DNA of 64,000 nucleotides from Lophium mytilinum (Eukaryota): NCBI GenBank assembly GCA_010093605.1, contig MU004185.1, positions 1,571,334 to 1,635,333 of the forward strand, read 5' to 3'. Shown piece by piece: positions 60,891 to 64,000 of this stretch (position 1 is its first letter; each line of letters starts with the position of its first letter). The notes under the pieces were generated by a model. It saw only the letters and a program-made list of their open reading frames with translations, ran no database searches and was not told where the DNA came from. The position numbers and the translations under genes were made by a program.

Positions 60891-62050
60891 CCCGGCGATG
60901 AGGTTGGTGAGGCGATTCGGTCGTCGCGATGTGGTTGTGGTTGCGGAGGAGGTGAGAGAGTCGGCCGTCTTCGGGGGAGCTCTAAGTAGGACTCAGAAGC
61001 ATTCTGCACAAGCCCGCTTCAGCTCAGCGAAACGAAGTGAGATGATGGACCGTAGAAGATGGACGCAGTAGGTCTTCAAAGAATTGTATTTGCACCCGTC
61101 ACGACAAATCACGTCGCAGTCGAGAAGTGTTTTGACCTGGCACGAAGCAGTGACTGCCACGCGCGAGATAGAAGAGAACTACACCACACCGCTCAAGAGA
61201 GCGTAGATAGGTGAGGCTTCTCGTCACAGCGCAACAAGAAGATTGGCTTAAAGAAGGATTGTTATTTAGAAAGCATAGCCTGATACTAGATAAGAAACAG
61301 AATTCGAGGTGGTTACTTACACAGTAGAGCACAGTATTGTAGATCACCATTCATTTTTTTTTGAAAGAGATGCGAGATTACCAGCCAAGCTCGAGCCAAA
61401 GCAACTGTCTTGAAAGATCTGCAAGCTGGCCATGTACTCATTTCTGCTCTTTTAAAGTGTACCCGAATCCTGCGAGGTGAGATCGATTATGACTGTGGTT
61501 ATACCTTAATAAACTTTTATAGATCAACAGGAGGTACAACATATCCTGGTGGGGGATGCTCTAGCCCTACAATTGGCTTCAGGCAGTGCGAAGTGGTTAT
61601 CTTACCATCCTTCTTGTCGTCGTAGTCTCAAGCAGTGGCGGGCACGTGTGCATTCATTCCATTCGATTGCCGTATACACTTAATTTTTGGTTCAGCTGCA
61701 AGGCAATTATTAGTTCTACCTAGTTTCAACCGCCCAACCTGCGCGCTCTAGGCTAAGTGATCTTGGGTGCGGACGACAGTTTGCCAAGGCATCATAAGCC
61801 GTAGCAAAAGAGGCACGCACAAGTATCGACAGACAGCGGTCTTTAGAATAGAACACGAAAGGGGTTGAAAGGTGTAGACAAGTATCAAAAACCCTCCGCA
61901 ATTGTATCAAAACCTGTGGTAAGTGTGTACACGCCTTTCGGCAATGCTTGTGGTTCCCGACTGTTTCGTAAATTGCCGCTCTGATGGTTCGGACCATTTC
62001 GAGACACCACAAGGACTGGAGAAAAGGTGCGTATAGCTGTATCAAGCCCC

Positions 62051-63388
62051 TCAGATACGATTGTTGATGCATCGTAGACAGAGACGACGATCGCATCGCC
62101 GGCATTCTTCGATGAAGGGGAGGTGGTTTGTGTTTACGCATAACTCGCAGGTAGTGTTGGCGCCGTCTCTATAATAGCGACGATTCCAGTTATGTTCGCA
62201 TTCGGCATCGCCAGACTCAGACGCCGCTATGGATGGAGCTCGCTCTGGCATCGGAAGAGCACGTGTTGGGAGGCGTACAGGAGGTGCCGCGGAAGAGCGA
62301 CGACGCCGCATGTTACCCAGAAGGCCTCGTTCTTCGAACTGAGGGCAGGAGCATGTCTTCCACTTAGAACCGCAAAGATAGCAGAACTGCGCTCCGCATC
62401 GGCACGTCATATGGTAGCAGCCACTCTCTAGCTCGACCATGTGCTTGCAGGATCGGCACTGCATCCACATGTTTCTGTGGGCTGTGTCCATGAACGGCTG
62501 GGTAGTGGGGTCTTCCGGGCAGAGACCTTGGTGGCCGTGGGTTTTACAGACTCTGCAGGTTTCATGCTGGCACTTCGGGCAGGTGGCGATGTCTCTGTTT
62601 CCGCTGTAGAACTCCGGACGGATGAACTGTCCACAAGCTACACTTGAGCAGTAGGTTGGATTCGAAGTGTTGAGTTCGATACGCTTCTCGATGAAGCGGT
62701 CAACAAAGTCCCGCGTAAAGAAAGGCTCGCAGTCAACCAGAGAGATAGGAATGCGGCAGCAGCGCGGAGGAAAGAGCGATGTATCTGTCAAAGATGACTC
62801 GAAGAGATCCAGGATGCAGTCGCGGCAGTAAGCATGCGGAGTCGGTTGGCAATTGAGATGCAGCATATCGAAGTTGGGCTTGGTCTCTAGGCAAGCCACG
62901 CACTCGGTATGAGTGGCTGCTGTAGACGTTGCTTTTCCCTTCCCTTTGAAAATTGGATTCGAGGATTCTCCGCGCTCTTCGTCCGAATCTGCATCGTACG
63001 CAGAGCTGATGCTCGTCGTAGTTTGAGCGACCTCTTCGATATGTCTCTCATCATCGCTATCGATCGCCATGATGGATTCTGGTCGATAGCTGTGCTGCGG
63101 AACTGGTACTTGCGTTCCGTGCAAACGACAGGCGAGCTCGTGATCTTGTTCCGCTTGTTGTTCTTCGTGGATGAGGCCAACGAACGTAGTCCACTCCTTC
63201 CTATCCGTGCGGAGAAGGTTGAGAGCGAAGCACTGGCTGTCGGCAAGCTCAAGGCTTTCCTCCAAGATATCTCGCATGATGTTGAAGGCAGCGAGTTCAT
63301 CATCTTGTTTGTGGTGTGATCCATCAACGAAAGCTCCGATGTCTTCGAGTTGGAGCTGGAGGACGAGACGCGCAGATTCGGGATCCAT
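62051..63388 (-). CDS. RBR-type E3 ubiquitin ligase (445 aa, uninterrupted CDS)
   Basis: MDPESARLVLQLQLED start, ECVAC...HAYCRDC...FPPRCC, TYCS...CGQFI, CRSCKHMVELESGCYHMTCRCGAQFCYLCG, C-terminal CEH.W...CELC...EC..C...C..C. Confidence 0.93.
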   Translation of the reverse strand: MDPESARLVLQLQLEDIGAFVDGSHHKQDDELAAFNIMRDILEESLELADSQCFALNLLRTDRKEWTTFVGLIHEEQQAEQDHELACRLHGTQVPVPQHSYRPESIMAIDSDDERHIEEVAQTTTSISSAYDADSDEERGESSNPIFKGKGKATSTAATHTECVACLETKPNFDMLHLNCQPTPHAYCRDCILDLFESSLTDTSLFPPRCCRIPISLVDCEPFFTRDFVDRFIEKRIELNTSNPTYCSSVACGQFIRPEFYSGNRDIATCPKCQHETCRVCKTHGHQGLCPEDPTTQPFMDTAHRNMWMQCRSCKHMVELESGCYHMTCRCGAQFCYLCGSKWKTCSCPQFEERGLLGNMRRRRSSAAPPVRLPTRALPMPERAPSIAASESGDAECEHNWNRRYYRDGANTTCELCVNTNHLPFIEECRRCDRRLCLRCINNRI

Positions 63389-64000
63389 ACCTGCGGCACG
63401 AAACGTCCAAGTCCTGAATCTTCGTCAAAGACTGATCTGATCATACCATTGTGTTCTTCGAGGTCGTTGCTTACCTGTGCGACAAGAGGATACCTACGGC
63501 TTTGCTGTCGCGCGTGGAGATACTGAGGTACAAGAGCACCTCGCCCAGCGCGATGAAATGGAAATTATGACGAAGGCCTGGTGATGGCGTGGGGGGATGA
63601 GGGTGGTGAGATGAAGGTGGTGAGGAAGAGGCGAGGCGCGTCGTGTAGAAGTCGAACGCGTTTCCAATGACATCACAAGCAAGCGAAATGCCGCATCGGA
63701 GAAGGTCTCTCGTACTTGCCGATGGTAGATGTGTTTGAGTGAGACTTGAAATCGTGCAGGATGAAGATCTCAAACATCCAGACAGTGACATACGAGTGCT
63801 AGCAAAACGGCGGCCCGACACTACAAACCGGCACAGCAGATGACAGTATCCTCGATAAAACTTTCTAGCATGCGAAGTGAGCGACCAAGAAGGTGAGAGA
63901 ACGCAAGAGTGAGAAGACACCGAAGCGCTGCATCCACCCGATTGGAGAGCTCGATGTGCCATCATACGTGGAATCTCGCATCTCCATTTACGCCGGGTAT

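Overview
Eukaryotic DNA from a filamentous ascomycete (Pezizomycotina, plausibly Dothideomycetes): short GT-AG introns with CTAAC/CTGAC branch sites and RIP-type AT-rich relics. Conserved genes (YPT35-like PX protein, SAS4, COQ6, vezatin, DEP1/Sds3-like, NOP12) are interspersed with accessory segments. The most interesting part is a defence-like island at about 11.5-22 kb. It holds a spliced OTT_1508-type deaminase + MYND + triple-repeat fusion gene, a membrane-protein pseudogene interrupted by a 350-bp hAT-type MITE with a perfect 8-bp target-site duplication, and a head-to-head pair. One gene of the pair encodes a HeLo-like N-terminus plus a DUF7580 kinase-like lobe; the other encodes a helical N-terminus, C2H2 fingers, a Rua1/DUF4451 domain and ankyrin repeats, and carries one in-frame TAA. 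Also present: a HET-domain pseudogene with three lesions, two RBR E3 ligase genes plus a decayed third paralog fragment, non-coding tandem arrays of ~180 bp and ~105 bp, two RIP-mutated inverted-repeat elements, and intronless bacterial-like genes (VOC/glyoxalase, Tam). No rRNA, tRNA or CRISPR was recognised. Domain names come from reading motifs by eye, not from database searches. Exon joins were checked manually for frame where stated.
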